Shown: positions 1 through 9,600, counted from the first letter of the stretch. The stretch: 64,000 nt of DNA from Ardenticatenaceae bacterium (GCA_020634435.1 JACKBS010000006.1:527136-591135), one strand, 5' to 3'. Numbers and translations are program-made. Notes: generated from the letters alone by a model not told the origin.

Positions 1-754
<754 letters not shown>

Positions 755-775
755 TCACTTTCCTCCTCCTCCCGC

Positions 776-787
776 TACAATTGACCC
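776..787 (+). promoter_or_regulatory. -10-like hexamer TACAAT followed by exactly 6 nt and ATG 788 (leaderless-type start)
   Basis: TACAAT at 776-781, then tgaccc, then ATG. No Shine-Dalgarno between. Same geometry recurs at 6 other operon-first genes in the window. Confidence 0.4.
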
Positions 788-1651
788 ATGATTTTAGTGA
801 CCGGTGCCACTGGCTTTATCGGCCGTTCCTTGATGCCTTCCCTGGAGCAGGAAGGGTTTGCTGCCCATGCCTATCTGGGGCGGATGAATGATCCCATTCA
901 GCTGCGGGCAGAACTGGATGGAATCACCACGGTGATCCACCTGGCGGGGTCCGAGGCGCGTGGGCGCGACCGGCTGCTGCACCATGTGGATGTGGATGGC
1001 AGTGAACGGTTGGTCGAAGAAGCGCGCCGCGCAGGAGTACAGCGCATCATCTTTGCCAGCCGGTTTGGCGCAGACCCCGCCAGTATGCACTCGCTGCTCC
1101 AGGCCAAGGGGCAGATTGAGCGGATGATCCAGCACAGCGGCATTCCCTATACCATTTTGCGCTCGACCTCGCTGTACGGCCGTTCCGACCGTTTTCTTGA
1201 GCTGATTGTGAGCCTGGGCATCTGGTCCTGGCCCTTTGTTTGGCTGCCCGGTGGCGGCAAGATGGCGCTGCAACCCCTGTGGGTGGAGGATTTTGTGCGC
1301 TGCCTGGTGCAGTCGCTCAGCCGACCCGATTTGATTAACAAAACCGTTACCGTGGCCGGGGCGGAACGGCTGCGTTACGCCAATTTGGTTCAGCTGCTGC
1401 TTGATGTGGCTGGCTACAAGCGGATTCCGCTGCCCGTGCCCATGCTGCTGTTACGGCCGTTAAACCGCCTCCTGCTCTACTGGTGGTATTGGCCCCCAGT
1501 CAGCCGCTACTTCATGGATCGCTTCTTTGTGCCCGAAGTGACCCAGCACGATACCGTCCTGCGCCAATTTGGGTTCCAGCCCGCGCGCGTACGCGATACG
1601 ATTAGCTATCTGCGTCGTCCTGGGCTGACGCTGCGCATGTTTAGACGGTGA
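788..1651 (+). CDS. NAD(P)-binding atypical SDR (NmrA/NDUFA9-like) protein
   Basis: N-terminal MILVTGATGFIGRSL Rossmann motif. 287 aa, typical length for complex-I NDUFA9-like / NAD(P)H-binding family. Confidence 0.65.
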   Translation: MILVTGATGFIGRSLMPSLEQEGFAAHAYLGRMNDPIQLRAELDGITTVIHLAGSEARGRDRLLHHVDVDGSERLVEEARRAGVQRIIFASRFGADPASMHSLLQAKGQIERMIQHSGIPYTILRSTSLYGRSDRFLELIVSLGIWSWPFVWLPGGGKMALQPLWVEDFVRCLVQSLSRPDLINKTVTVAGAERLRYANLVQLLLDVAGYKRIPLPVPMLLLRPLNRLLLYWWYWPPVSRYFMDRFFVPEVTQHDTVLRQFGFQPARVRDTISYLRRPGLTLRMFRR

Positions 1652-1703
1652 GAATTTGCCGCTGTGTGATGGGTTTACGGCCGTTTTTTGCTATGATACG
1701 GCC

Positions 1704-2723
1704 ATGATCAAACGGTGGGGGTTGTTGGGCTTGCTGCTTTTGCTGGGCTGCCGTGCAGAACGGCCGCTTGCCCCACCCGCTACCACACGAACACCTCGCC
1801 CACCCACGAACACCACCACTTTAGCTCCCACAGTTGAACAACTGGCCGAACCAACGGCCGTTGCCCCCACATCAACGCCGGACGCTGGCCAACCGACTGC
1901 TACTTTGTTGCCAACCAGAACGACCGTCCCGGAAACGGCCGCTTCTCCCACGCCAATCCTCGATGCCCCAACCGTTACGGCCCTGAACAAGGCCGAACGG
2001 TGGCAAAATGTGGCCGAGTACAGCTTTTACAGCGAGTCGCGTCACGAAGATGTTCTTTTCACCGTTTACACGCCGCCTGGCTACGACCAGACCGATCAGC
2101 GCTACCCTGTGCTTTACTTTATGCACGGCAGCCAGGGCAGCCAGATTCTCTTCTGGAATGCGATCAGTCGCGAGGTGGCGGCGGCCAACGGCGATGCCGG
2201 GGCCTGGATCACGCAGTTAATCGAGAGCGGGGAGCTGCCACCATTTATCATCGTGGCGGCGAAGGATGACCGGGGTGGTTGGACGACCCTCAGCGAGACG
2301 ATGGCTACCCAGGAACTGATTGCTGCCGTTGATAGCAACTGGCGCACGATTGCCACGCGCAACGGCCGTTCCCTGGCTGGTTTTTCGATGGGAGCCATGG
2401 GGGCCACGATTTATCCCGCGCGCCATCCCGACCTGTATTGCAATACCATGCTCCTGGCCGAAAGCGGCGTTCTGGACACAACCAATTTTTGGGTAGACAA
2501 CCAGGAAGCGGTGTTGGCCAGCGGCTTAGAGGTGGCCCTGGTCGTGGGTGAACGCGACACGCGCGGCGTGAATGCCACAACCGTGATGGAGCAAACGCTG
2601 ACTGACCTCGCTATTCCCCACCAGATGCAAGTGGTGCCCAACGTGGCCCACAACTTTGGCCAGCTGTACAACCAGATGGGTCTTTGGGCTTTGCAGTTCC
2701 ACGCCAGCTGCTGGCAAAAATAA
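1704..2723 (+). CDS. secreted lipoprotein, esterase-D/putative-esterase family alpha/beta hydrolase
   Basis: ATG 1704 gives MIKRWGLLGLLLLLGC (lipobox LLGC), a PT-rich linker, then YPVLYFMHGSQGS and GFSMGAMGA (GxSxG nucleophile elbow). The ORF-track start 1656 adds a non-signal extension. Confidence 0.7.
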   Translation: MIKRWGLLGLLLLLGCRAERPLAPPATTRTPRPPTNTTTLAPTVEQLAEPTAVAPTSTPDAGQPTATLLPTRTTVPETAASPTPILDAPTVTALNKAERWQNVAEYSFYSESRHEDVLFTVYTPPGYDQTDQRYPVLYFMHGSQGSQILFWNAISREVAAANGDAGAWITQLIESGELPPFIIVAAKDDRGGWTTLSETMATQELIAAVDSNWRTIATRNGRSLAGFSMGAMGATIYPARHPDLYCNTMLLAESGVLDTTNFWVDNQEAVLASGLEVALVVGERDTRGVNATTVMEQTLTDLAIPHQMQVVPNVAHNFGQLYNQMGLWALQFHASCWQK

Positions 2724-2770
2724 TGATGAATAAAGCGCATCGCTGCCGTTCACCATTCAACGTTCATGAT

Positions 2771-4033
2771 TCACAACTCTTTCTCAATGAGCGCCACGGC
2801 CTGGCTAATCCCATCTTCAGCCCGAACTTTTTTGCCAAGCTCGACTGCTTTTTGGCGCATAAGCTGGTTGGAAACGGCCGTATCAATCGCCTCGGCCAGT
2901 TTGTGGGTCGTGAGTTTGGGGCGGGGGATGGCTTTTGGCCCCACGTTTAACGCAGCTACCCGGCTGCCCCAAAATGGCTGGTCGGCAAAGTGCGGCACCA
3001 GGATGGAGGGCACCCCGGCCCGCAATCCGGCAGCTGTGCTGCCCGCGCCGCCGTGGTGCACCACCGCCGCCATCTGCGGAAAGAGCCAGCTGTGTGGCGC
3101 GGCTGGCAGCTGAAAGATTGATTGTCCTAGCCCCATTTCGCTTAATCCGGCCCAGCCAGACAGCAAAATAGCCCGCTGGCCGCTCATCTGCACCGCTTCT
3201 AGCACGATTTTGTTTAGCTTTTGCGGATTGCGTCCGGTCATCGAGCCAAAGCCAATGGCTACAGGAGGGCTGCCTGCGCCCAGAAAGTCCAGCAGTTCGC
3301 CGGGCGGCGCCCACTGCGCGTTTTCGTCTAAAAACCAGTAGCCGGTAGTGTGAAAGTTAGCTGGCCAATCGGTCGGATGCGGTACGACGTGCCGACTGTA
3401 GCCATGCACAATCGTCATTTTTTGCCGGTCTGCCTGGTTTTCCTGGCGGGTTTGGGCGGGCAGCCCCAGCATTTCTGTGCGGACTCGGTTAGCGATGTCG
3501 CCGTAGAGGCTCCAGGCGGCCGTTTCCAAAAATAGCTTGCCAAACCAGTAGTTGATCCAGCTAATACTTTTGGGTCGTGGAGCGTTCATGAGAACACGGC
3601 CGTCTTTAGTAGAAACCATCGTCGGTTGCAGCGGCGCACTTACGTGAGCAATGCCCAACTTCTGCGTCATGCCCACCGCATACACATCCGACGTAAAGCT
3701 GCTGATGATTAAATCGCTGCCCTGGCAAGCGGCCCAGGCATCTTGGGCAATTTGCATGCCGTGTTTGGCCAACAGCTGCCCCATGATGCGCAGCTGCAAA
3801 ACCGGGTTGTAGCCCTTCTCTACCCAATCGCGCCCGCCTTCGCTGGCCATTAGCGCCTGCATGTCAATGGCTGTGGGCAGGGGGATGAGGCCGTGCTGCT
3901 CAATCCATTCGGCAAAATTGGCCCCGGCCAAAATGCGCACTGCGTGTCCGCGTTCATGCAGCGCCTTGCCCAAAGCAATGGCGGGCTGCACGTCGCCGCG
4001 TGTGCCGTAAGCGATGAAGGTGATCACACTCAT
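2771..4033 (-). CDS. GT1-family UDP-glycosyltransferase (MGT/sterol-glucosyltransferase-like)
   Basis: MSVITFIAYGTRGDVQPAIALGKAL N-terminal GT28-like motif. C-terminal HHGGAGSTAAGLRAGVPSILVPHFADQPFWG UDP-sugar binding signature. Confidence 0.85.
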   Translation of the reverse strand: MSVITFIAYGTRGDVQPAIALGKALHERGHAVRILAGANFAEWIEQHGLIPLPTAIDMQALMASEGGRDWVEKGYNPVLQLRIMGQLLAKHGMQIAQDAWAACQGSDLIISSFTSDVYAVGMTQKLGIAHVSAPLQPTMVSTKDGRVLMNAPRPKSISWINYWFGKLFLETAAWSLYGDIANRVRTEMLGLPAQTRQENQADRQKMTIVHGYSRHVVPHPTDWPANFHTTGYWFLDENAQWAPPGELLDFLGAGSPPVAIGFGSMTGRNPQKLNKIVLEAVQMSGQRAILLSGWAGLSEMGLGQSIFQLPAAPHSWLFPQMAAVVHHGGAGSTAAGLRAGVPSILVPHFADQPFWGSRVAALNVGPKAIPRPKLTTHKLAEAIDTAVSNQLMRQKAVELGKKVRAEDGISQAVALIEKEL

Positions 4034-4068
4034 CCGGCAATTTTACGGGCTTGCCGACTATGGGCCAA
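4034..4068 (-). promoter_or_regulatory. leaderless-type promoter of the GT1 gene: TTGGCC-N17-TAAAAT-N6-ATG
   Basis: On minus strand TAAAAT = 4045..4040, six nt (4039..4034), ATG at 4033. -35-like TTGGCC = 4068..4063. Confidence 0.45.
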
Positions 4069-4114
4069 TTTTGCCTGATGGCCAGTAACTTTTACCAACG
4101 TGAAATTTGCTCTC

Positions 4115-4163
4115 TTGACAAGTGTTGAGTAATCAATTATTCTTTGATTGAACGTTTGATCAA
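4115..4163 (+). promoter_or_regulatory. tetR promoter (TTGACA-N17-TATTCT) with overlapping palindromic operator half-sites
   Basis: TTGACA 4115-4120, TATTCT 4138-4143. AATCAA (4131)/TTGATT (4144) flank the -10. Imperfect 20-bp palindrome TTGATTGAACGTTTGATCAA at 4144-4163 (16/20 self-complementary) lies between -10 and ATG 4173. Confidence 0.45.
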
Positions 4164-4172
4164 TAAAAAATT

Positions 4173-4757
4173 ATGCCGAGAACAACTGCCCAAAATGAAC
4201 AAATCCGGGCCGAAACCCGGGCCAACATTATCGAAAGCGCCATGCGGCTGTTTGCCCAAAAAGGGTACGCCACAACCACCACGCGCAACATCGCCACCGA
4301 GGCGGGGCTTTCGGTGGGGCTGATGTATCACTACTTTGACAGCAAAGAAAGTTTGCTCCATGCCGTGTTTGATTTTGTGATGGCGCGGATTGATGAGGTG
4401 ATTACGGCCGTTCTGCTGACCCATGCTCCTGGCGACCGGCTACCCGACCTACTGCGCGCGATTTTTGATCTGCTGACTGGTGAACAGGAGTTTTGGGGCT
4501 CGCTCTACACGCTGCGCACCCAACCGGCGATTACGGCCGTTATTGGCGATGATTTTTTGCAGCGGACGGCATTGTTGCGCGGTTGTTTTAGCGAAGAGCT
4601 GGCTCTGGCTGGCAATGAAAACCCGGAGCTAGAAGCGTACTACCTGTACAGCGTGGTTGAAGGCGCTATTCAACAATATTTGCTGGACCCGGCCAACTAC
4701 CCGATGGCCGAGATTCTTGAAAAGATGATTGCTCAATTTGGAGGTAAACACACATGA
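4173..4757 (+). CDS. TetR/AcrR-family transcriptional regulator
   Basis: N-terminal HTH AMRLFAQKGYATTTTRNIATEAGLSVGLMYHYFDSKESLL. 194 aa. Confidence 0.9.
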   Translation: MPRTTAQNEQIRAETRANIIESAMRLFAQKGYATTTTRNIATEAGLSVGLMYHYFDSKESLLHAVFDFVMARIDEVITAVLLTHAPGDRLPDLLRAIFDLLTGEQEFWGSLYTLRTQPAITAVIGDDFLQRTALLRGCFSEELALAGNENPELEAYYLYSVVEGAIQQYLLDPANYPMAEILEKMIAQFGGKHT

Positions 4758-5221
4758 ATCAGTATGAAGTCTCTGTATCCCGGCGGATTGACGCGCCAGC
4801 AACGGCCGTTTACGGGGTTTTCGCCGATTATCGTCAGGCGCATGCGGCCGTTTTGCCCAAACCGTACTTCACCAGCATGACCGTTGAGAAAGGCGGCACT
4901 GGCGCGGGCACCGAAATCACCGTTGAGATGGCCGTGATGGGTGTAAAGGCCACCTATCACATGGTCGTTACTGAGCCAGAACCGGGCCGCGTGCTGCAAG
5001 AAGAAGACAAGACGGTGGGGTTGGTCACGACCTTTACTATTGATCCGGTAAACGATGGTCAGGCCTCGCAGGTGACGCTGTACACTCGCGCCCGCACGGC
5101 TCCCGGCTTGCGCGGCTTCATCGAAAAGCTGATCACGCCGCCGATCACTCGTAAAATTTACAATGAAGAGCTGGATTTATTGGCCGCTTACTTGAAAGCA
5201 CCGGTTTTGGCAGGTAAGTGA
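4754..5221 (+). CDS. SRPBCC (START/polyketide-cyclase-like) ligand-binding protein
   Basis: 155 aa. Start overlaps the tetR stop (ATGA). Pattern of short beta strands plus C-terminal helix typical of the SRPBCC family. Frequent TetR partner. Confidence 0.6.
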   Translation: MNQYEVSVSRRIDAPATAVYGVFADYRQAHAAVLPKPYFTSMTVEKGGTGAGTEITVEMAVMGVKATYHMVVTEPEPGRVLQEEDKTVGLVTTFTIDPVNDGQASQVTLYTRARTAPGLRGFIEKLITPPITRKIYNEELDLLAAYLKAPVLAGK

Positions 5222-5224
5222 GTT

Positions 5225-5287
5225 AAAAGTGATAAGTGAAAAGTAAAAAGTGAGCCACTTCCCACTTTTCACTTTTTACTTATCACT
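5225..5287. repeat. heptanucleotide array: 4 x NNAAGTG followed by 5 inverted units NNNCACT (hairpin-forming; bidirectional terminator position)
   Basis: AAAAGTG ATAAGTG AAAAGTA AAAAGTG | AGCCACT TCCCACT TTTCACT TTTTACT TATCACT, exactly 7-nt phased, between convergent stops 5221 and 5293. Confidence 0.75.
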
Positions 5288-5292
5288 TCGCT

Positions 5293-5850
5293 TTATTCGC
5301 TTTTGACTACAAAAACCGCCTGCTCTGTTACCGGTTCAGGTCGCTTCGCTGGGGCAAACAGGGCGGCGATGAGGCAAAAAACGGCCGCTGCGGCCAAAAT
5401 CCATACCAACGTGCGCAGAAAAACAGGATTGTACTCTTCGACAAAGCTTTTTAGCTCTGCCTTGGTTGTGTCGGAAGGTAGGTAGTAAATATCTACCTTG
5501 TCGCCAATTTCGGTTTTGTCATACGTCTGGCCCCCAACCGTAAAACGCGCCCAGCTAAACGTCCCCACGTCAATCGTGCCCAACTCAACTTCGCCCGTTT
5601 CCGCGTTAAAGGTGGAGGGTTCGCCGTTGCCCCCGTTAGCCATGTAGGTGACCGAGAAGTTGTACTCTATCGTATCGCTGCTGCTGCGGGTAGTAGACTT
5701 ATCGACCAATGTGGCCCGTGCTTGCCGCCCTTCGCTGCGAAACTGGCGCACCGTGCTCATCTGAATGGCGATGATGCCCCACAGCATCCCGGCAAAAACC
5801 ACAGCCACCAGGGCCCACGTTAACCAATCCAAACGCAATAACTTTGGCAT
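5293..5850 (-). CDS. membrane protein with N- and C-terminal TM helices (DUF3592-like)
   Basis: LTWALVAVVFAGMLWGIIAI and LVWILAAAAVFCLIAALFA hydrophobic helices flank a beta-rich middle. No catalytic motif. Confidence 0.45.
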   Translation of the reverse strand: MPKLLRLDWLTWALVAVVFAGMLWGIIAIQMSTVRQFRSEGRQARATLVDKSTTRSSSDTIEYNFSVTYMANGGNGEPSTFNAETGEVELGTIDVGTFSWARFTVGGQTYDKTEIGDKVDIYYLPSDTTKAELKSFVEEYNPVFLRTLVWILAAAAVFCLIAALFAPAKRPEPVTEQAVFVVKSE

Positions 5851-5903
5851 TCACTTTCCTGACCCGTCCTAAATATAGTTGACAGATATAATCACCATTT
5901 AGG

Positions 5904-6269
5904 ATGGGCAACCTTATGAAAAAAGAAACCGTCAGACGTTACAGCCTGGCCTTCAAACAACAAGTCGTGCGTGAGTACGAAGCCGGGGCCAGCATCTACA
6001 GCTTGCTTAACAAGTACGGCATTGGCGCACACACAACGGTGCAACGATGGATTGAGCAATACGGCCGTTCCGGCTACCGTGCCGAACTGGTGGTCATTCA
6101 AACAGCTGAAGACCAGCAGGGCATCAAAGCACTCAAACGACGGGTCGCGGAACTGGAATCCGCGCTAGCGCAAAGCACCTTGGACAACCGGATGTTGGCA
6201 GCCACGCTCACGGTGGCCAGTGACGCCTTGGGCGTTGACCTTAAAAAAAATTTCGGCAAGAAATCATAG
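5904..6269 (+). CDS. IS3-family transposase OrfA (HTH)
   Basis: MKKETVRRYSLAFKQQVVREYEAGASIYSLLNKYGIGAHTTVQRWIEQY, then a leucine-zipper-like region. Typical IS3/IS911 OrfA. Confidence 0.9.
   Translation: MGNLMKKETVRRYSLAFKQQVVREYEAGASIYSLLNKYGIGAHTTVQRWIEQYGRSGYRAELVVIQTAEDQQGIKALKRRVAELESALAQSTLDNRMLAATLTVASDALGVDLKKNFGKKS
6243..6250 (+). promoter_or_regulatory. A8 slippery run, probable programmed -1 ribosomal frameshift site (OrfA to OrfAB)
   Basis: The orfB frame is -1 relative to orfA and opens at 6245 (TAA at 6242-6244). The A8 run 6243-6250 lies in the only overlap where both frames are open. Confidence 0.7.
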
Positions 6270-7108
6270 ACCATATCCGGCAAGCGGGCCAAGTGCCCAC
6301 TCAGGCCGCCGTGACCTGGTTTGGCATCAGCCGCCAAGCCTACTTTCAAGCCAAGCAGCGGCAACAGCAGCAGGAAGCTGAAAATCAGCTCATCCTGAAC
6401 TTGGTCAAAGAAAAACGGCGGCTGCATCCCCAGATGGGCGGGCGCAAGCTGTACCATGAGCTGCGACCCTGCTGGGAAAACCTGGAGATTACTCGTGGTC
6501 GGGATGCTTTTTTTGACCTGCTACGCGCCCACAATTTGTTGATTGTGCCCAAGCGTAATCGACGGCGAACCACCTTAGCTGGCTCCTGGCGTTGTCCCAA
6601 TCGTCTAGTTGGTTTGACGTTGGCGACCACTCATCAGGCGTGGGTTGGTGACATCACCTTCATCACGACGGAAACAGGCTTTGTCTATCTGGCGCTGCTC
6701 ACAGATGCGTTTTCGCGCTTTATCGTCGGTTATGATATTTCGGCCTCTTTGGCCACGGAAGGTTGCCTGCGGGCCTTGCAGCTGGCCATCAACCAGGCGC
6801 ATTGTCCGGTGACCGGATTGATTCACCATTCTGACCATGGGGTGCAATACACCTCGTGGTCGTATCGAGACTGTCTCCAAGAGCACCGCTTGCTACCCAG
6901 CATGGGTGAGGTGGGCAATTGCTATGACAACGCGTTGGCAGAACGCATGAACGGTATTTTAAAGAACGAATATGGTCTGGATGACCTGTTTGTCAATTTG
7001 GCGCACGCGCAGCAAGCGGTGGCTGAAGCAGTTTGGCTGTACAACTATGATCGCCCACATCTGTCGTTGGGCTATGCTAAACCTGCTGAAATTCATTTTG
7101 ATAACTGA
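6245..7108 (+). CDS. IS3-family transposase OrfB (DDE integrase core), expressed as OrfAB fusion
   Basis: WVGDITFI ... HHSDHGVQYTS ... NCYDNALAERMNGILKNEY = D, D, E catalytic blocks of rve-type integrases. The ORF-track start 6293 is a GTG inside the open frame. Confidence 0.9.
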   Translation, partial: KKFRQEIIDHIRQAGQVPTQAAVTWFGISRQAYFQAKQRQQQQEAENQLILNLVKEKRRLHPQMGGRKLYHELRPCWENLEITRGRDAFFDLLRAHNLLIVPKRNRRRTTLAGSWRCPNRLVGLTLATTHQAWVGDITFITTETGFVYLALLTDAFSRFIVGYDISASLATEGCLRALQLAINQAHCPVTGLIHHSDHGVQYTSWSYRDCLQEHRLLPSMGEVGNCYDNALAERMNGILKNEYGLDDLFVNLAHAQQAVAEAVWLYNYDRPHLSLGYAKPAEIHFDN

Positions 7109-7160
7109 TGTGAAGTAGTCACTATTTTGTGTCAACTTATTTTAGGACTTGACATCCCCT

Positions 7161-7188
7161 TTTTACTTATCACTTTTCACTTGTCAGT
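7161..7188. repeat. heptanucleotide array, 4 units NNNCACT-type (same family as 5225-5287)
   Basis: TTTTACT TATCACT TTTCACT TGTCAGT immediately right of the IS insertion point. Confidence 0.6.
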
Positions 7189-7195
7189 GATTGAT

Positions 7196-7849
7196 TTACT
7201 CGTCAAACAATTGGGCCAGCTGGCTCAATTCGGCCGTTTTTAACTCGATTTCTTCCGGTGAAGGATTCACCACCTGGTACTCATGCAGCAAAAAGCTGGT
7301 GGCCGTGGCCATCACTTCTGGGGCGTTGAATACTTCGGCTGACGCGCCTTCCCGGTCGCGCAGCCAGAGGGTACTGCCTGGATGCTGTTGGGCAAAGGTC
7401 AGCAGGGCTGATTGCTGGCGGCTGGTCAATTTTTCACCATTTTTGGCGGCAAAGGCGGTCTCGAAGCTGTCGAACGGCCGTTTCCGCTCGGTCCAATTTT
7501 CATGTCGAAAGATGTCTACCCCTAACGGCCGTTCCCGCTTTACTTCCACAATCAATCGTGCTGCTGACACGTGGCTGCCGCGCCGACGTCCGTCGATATA
7601 AATTTTCCGCCGGAAGATGATGGGGACGTAGGCACACAAACGGCCGTTATCCAACCGTCCCTCATACCACTGCATCTGTTTGGCTTTGGCCGTCGGCTGC
7701 AAATTGAGCGCCTGGGCAATGGCCGCACTGCCTTCGCGCCGCTGCTTGTTGCGGAACAGCACGTACCCGACTGGCGCACCAACGGCCAGGGCTGGCATGC
7801 AGCACAAAAAGCCAAACCAGAAAATCACGCTCAAAAAATCATCCATCAT
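7196..7849 (-). CDS. hypothetical membrane-anchored protein
   Basis: N-terminal TM FLSVIFWFGFLCCMPALAVGAPVGYVLF, SD AAGGGG upstream. No recognisable domain. Confidence 0.5.
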   Translation of the reverse strand: MMDDFLSVIFWFGFLCCMPALAVGAPVGYVLFRNKQRREGSAAIAQALNLQPTAKAKQMQWYEGRLDNGRLCAYVPIIFRRKIYIDGRRRGSHVSAARLIVEVKRERPLGVDIFRHENWTERKRPFDSFETAFAAKNGEKLTSRQQSALLTFAQQHPGSTLWLRDREGASAEVFNAPEVMATATSFLLHEYQVVNPSPEEIELKTAELSQLAQLFDE

Positions 7850-7861
7850 GCAACCCCTTAG

Positions 7862-7881
7862 CCTGGGGATTTATCCCCAGG
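7862..7881. promoter_or_regulatory. 20-bp near-perfect palindrome CCTGGGGATTTATCCCCAGG in divergent intergenic region
   Basis: 8-bp arms CCTGGGGA/TCCCCAGG with a 4-nt centre, 13 nt upstream of ATG 7849 (minus) and 105 nt upstream of ATG 7986 (plus). Confidence 0.4.
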
Positions 7882-7985
7882 TTTTGGATTCATCCCCACG
7901 TTTTTGTAGGATAACGGCCGTTCGATCAGAGATCGATCCAAAGGCCAGTTGCCAACCCCCATGCCCCAAGCTACACTCACTCGCA

Positions 7986-8927
7986 ATGATGCATAACGGC
8001 CGTTACGTACACCTCTTCTTCCTCGATGGCGTGGGACTGGGCGGGGATGACCCCGACATCAACCCATTTGTCACGGCCAACCTGCCGCACCTCACCAGTC
8101 TGCTGGGAGCTGGCTGGTACCTCACGCGCGAACCAATCATCACGGAGCGGGCTAGCCTGGTGGCTACGGATGCCAATTTGGGCCTGCCCAACAAGCCACA
8201 GAGCGCCACTGGCCAGGCCACCATCCTCACCGGGCGTAACGTGCCGCAGTTGGTGGGCGAGCATTACGGGCCGAAGCCCAATCCAGCGGTGCAGGCTGTC
8301 ATTGCTCAGGGGACGCTGTTTCAGGAAGTGGTGGATGCCGGCGGGCAGGCGGCGCTGATCACGCCATATCCGCAGGATTATTTTGATGCCGTGGCGCGGG
8401 GCAAGCGGTTGCTCTCGGCGGTGCCGCTGGCGGCAACTAATGCCGGATTGTCGTTGATGAATGCGGATGATTTAAGAAACGGCCGTGCCGTGAGTCCTGG
8501 CTTTACCGGGCAGGTGTGGCGCGATCATCTAGGGTATGCCGATATTCCGCTGCTCACCCTGGCTGAAGCCGGGCAGCAAATTGCCCACGTGGCCAGCCAT
8601 TACCAGTTCAGCTTTTTTGAGCATTGGCCCAGCGATCGCACCGGGCATCGCGGTACACTGGCCGAGGCGGTGGCCCATCTGGAGGCCATCGACGAAGTGC
8701 TGGGCGGGTTGCTGGATGCCTGGGATGCGCAAAATGGCCTCTTTATCCTGACCAGCGACCACGGCAACATCGAAGAGAAAAATCAGCGGCAGCACACGCG
8801 CAACCCGGTACCCACGCTGCTGGTCGGGCCGGGGCACGCCGAATTGGCGGCCCAAATCCACGATTTACAAGACATTGCCCACATTACCCGGACCTTTTTA
8901 GGGTTGCCTACGCCAAACTTTGGTTAG
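7986..8927 (+). CDS. alkaline-phosphatase-superfamily metalloenzyme (cofactor-independent phosphoglycerate mutase / phosphopentomutase-like)
   Basis: MMHNGRYVHLFFLDGVGLG (metal-binding D), QSATGQATILTG, ILTSDHGNIE (SDHGN metal site). The track start 7680 overlaps the opposite-strand gene and is rejected. Confidence 0.6.
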   Translation: MMHNGRYVHLFFLDGVGLGGDDPDINPFVTANLPHLTSLLGAGWYLTREPIITERASLVATDANLGLPNKPQSATGQATILTGRNVPQLVGEHYGPKPNPAVQAVIAQGTLFQEVVDAGGQAALITPYPQDYFDAVARGKRLLSAVPLAATNAGLSLMNADDLRNGRAVSPGFTGQVWRDHLGYADIPLLTLAEAGQQIAHVASHYQFSFFEHWPSDRTGHRGTLAEAVAHLEAIDEVLGGLLDAWDAQNGLFILTSDHGNIEEKNQRQHTRNPVPTLLVGPGHAELAAQIHDLQDIAHITRTFLGLPTPNFG

Positions 8928-8959
8928 AATAGAGCCATATCATCGTTAAAGGATTTTGT

Positions 8960-9469
8960 ATGTCTATCACTTCAGAGCAATTTCGCGAAGCGCTGCGCCA
9001 CTTTCCGGCGGGCGTGACCATCGTTACGATTAAAGCGCCAAGCCAGCCCCAACCGCATGGCCTCACGGTCTCGGCGTTTGCCTCTATTTCGCCGGAGCCG
9101 CCGTTGATCATGGTCGCCATTGATCATCGCGCTTTGGGGTATGAGTTGTTAGAGGAAGAGGGAGCCGTGTTTGCCGTCAACATTTTGGCGCAAGACATGA
9201 GTGAGTTGTCTAACCGGTTTGCCTGGATCAAGGATGAGGATCGTTTTGCCGTGGGGAATTGGGGAACGGCCGTTACCGGAGCCCCTGTTCTTCAAGATGC
9301 CCTGGCCTGGCTGGATTGCACCATCCACGACCGGTATGAAGCGGGCACCCACACCATTTACATTGGCAAGGTGGTTGCCTCAGAATCCCCCCGTGCCGGA
9401 GCGCCGCCGCTCCTCTACTGGAATCGAGGCTATCGTTACCTCAAGTTAGGCGAAGAGGATGCGGATTAG
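8960..9469 (+). CDS. flavin reductase-domain protein (FMN-binding split barrel)
   Basis: FREALRHFPAGVTIVT ... HGLTVSAFASISPEPPLIMVAI. 169 aa. SD AAAGGA. Confidence 0.8.
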   Translation: MSITSEQFREALRHFPAGVTIVTIKAPSQPQPHGLTVSAFASISPEPPLIMVAIDHRALGYELLEEEGAVFAVNILAQDMSELSNRFAWIKDEDRFAVGNWGTAVTGAPVLQDALAWLDCTIHDRYEAGTHTIYIGKVVASESPRAGAPPLLYWNRGYRYLKLGEEDAD

Positions 9470-9515
9470 TTTCGTAGAACGGCCGTAACCACACCCCCGT
9501 GTTAACCAACTAGCG

Positions 9516-9551
9516 AAAAAGGGTGAGACCGCCCATTGCCTCACCCTTTTT
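9516..9551. terminator. bidirectional rho-independent terminator
   Basis: AAAAAGGGTGAG - 12-nt loop - CTCACCCTTTTT between convergent genes. Confidence 0.7.
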
Positions 9552-9600
9552 CTAACTCCTTCCAATACTTCCCACAGAAACCATTCTGTTCGGTAGATGT

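Larger units (their letters stand above)
5860..7154 (+). mobile_element. IS3-family insertion sequence (1295 bp) with imperfect terminal inverted repeats and 3-bp TSD
   Basis: IRL TGACCCGTCCTAAATATAGTTGACA (5860-) vs reverse complement of IRR TGTCAAGTCCTAAAATAAGTTGACA (-7154). TG...CA ends. Flanking TCC at 5857-5859 and 7155-7157. Confidence 0.9.

Noticed and set aside
7680-7985. N-terminal 102-codon extension of the phosphatase-superfamily ORF
   Set aside because: It overlaps the opposite-strand gene 7196..7849 and the intergenic palindrome. The conserved domain begins at the MMHNGRY start (7986).
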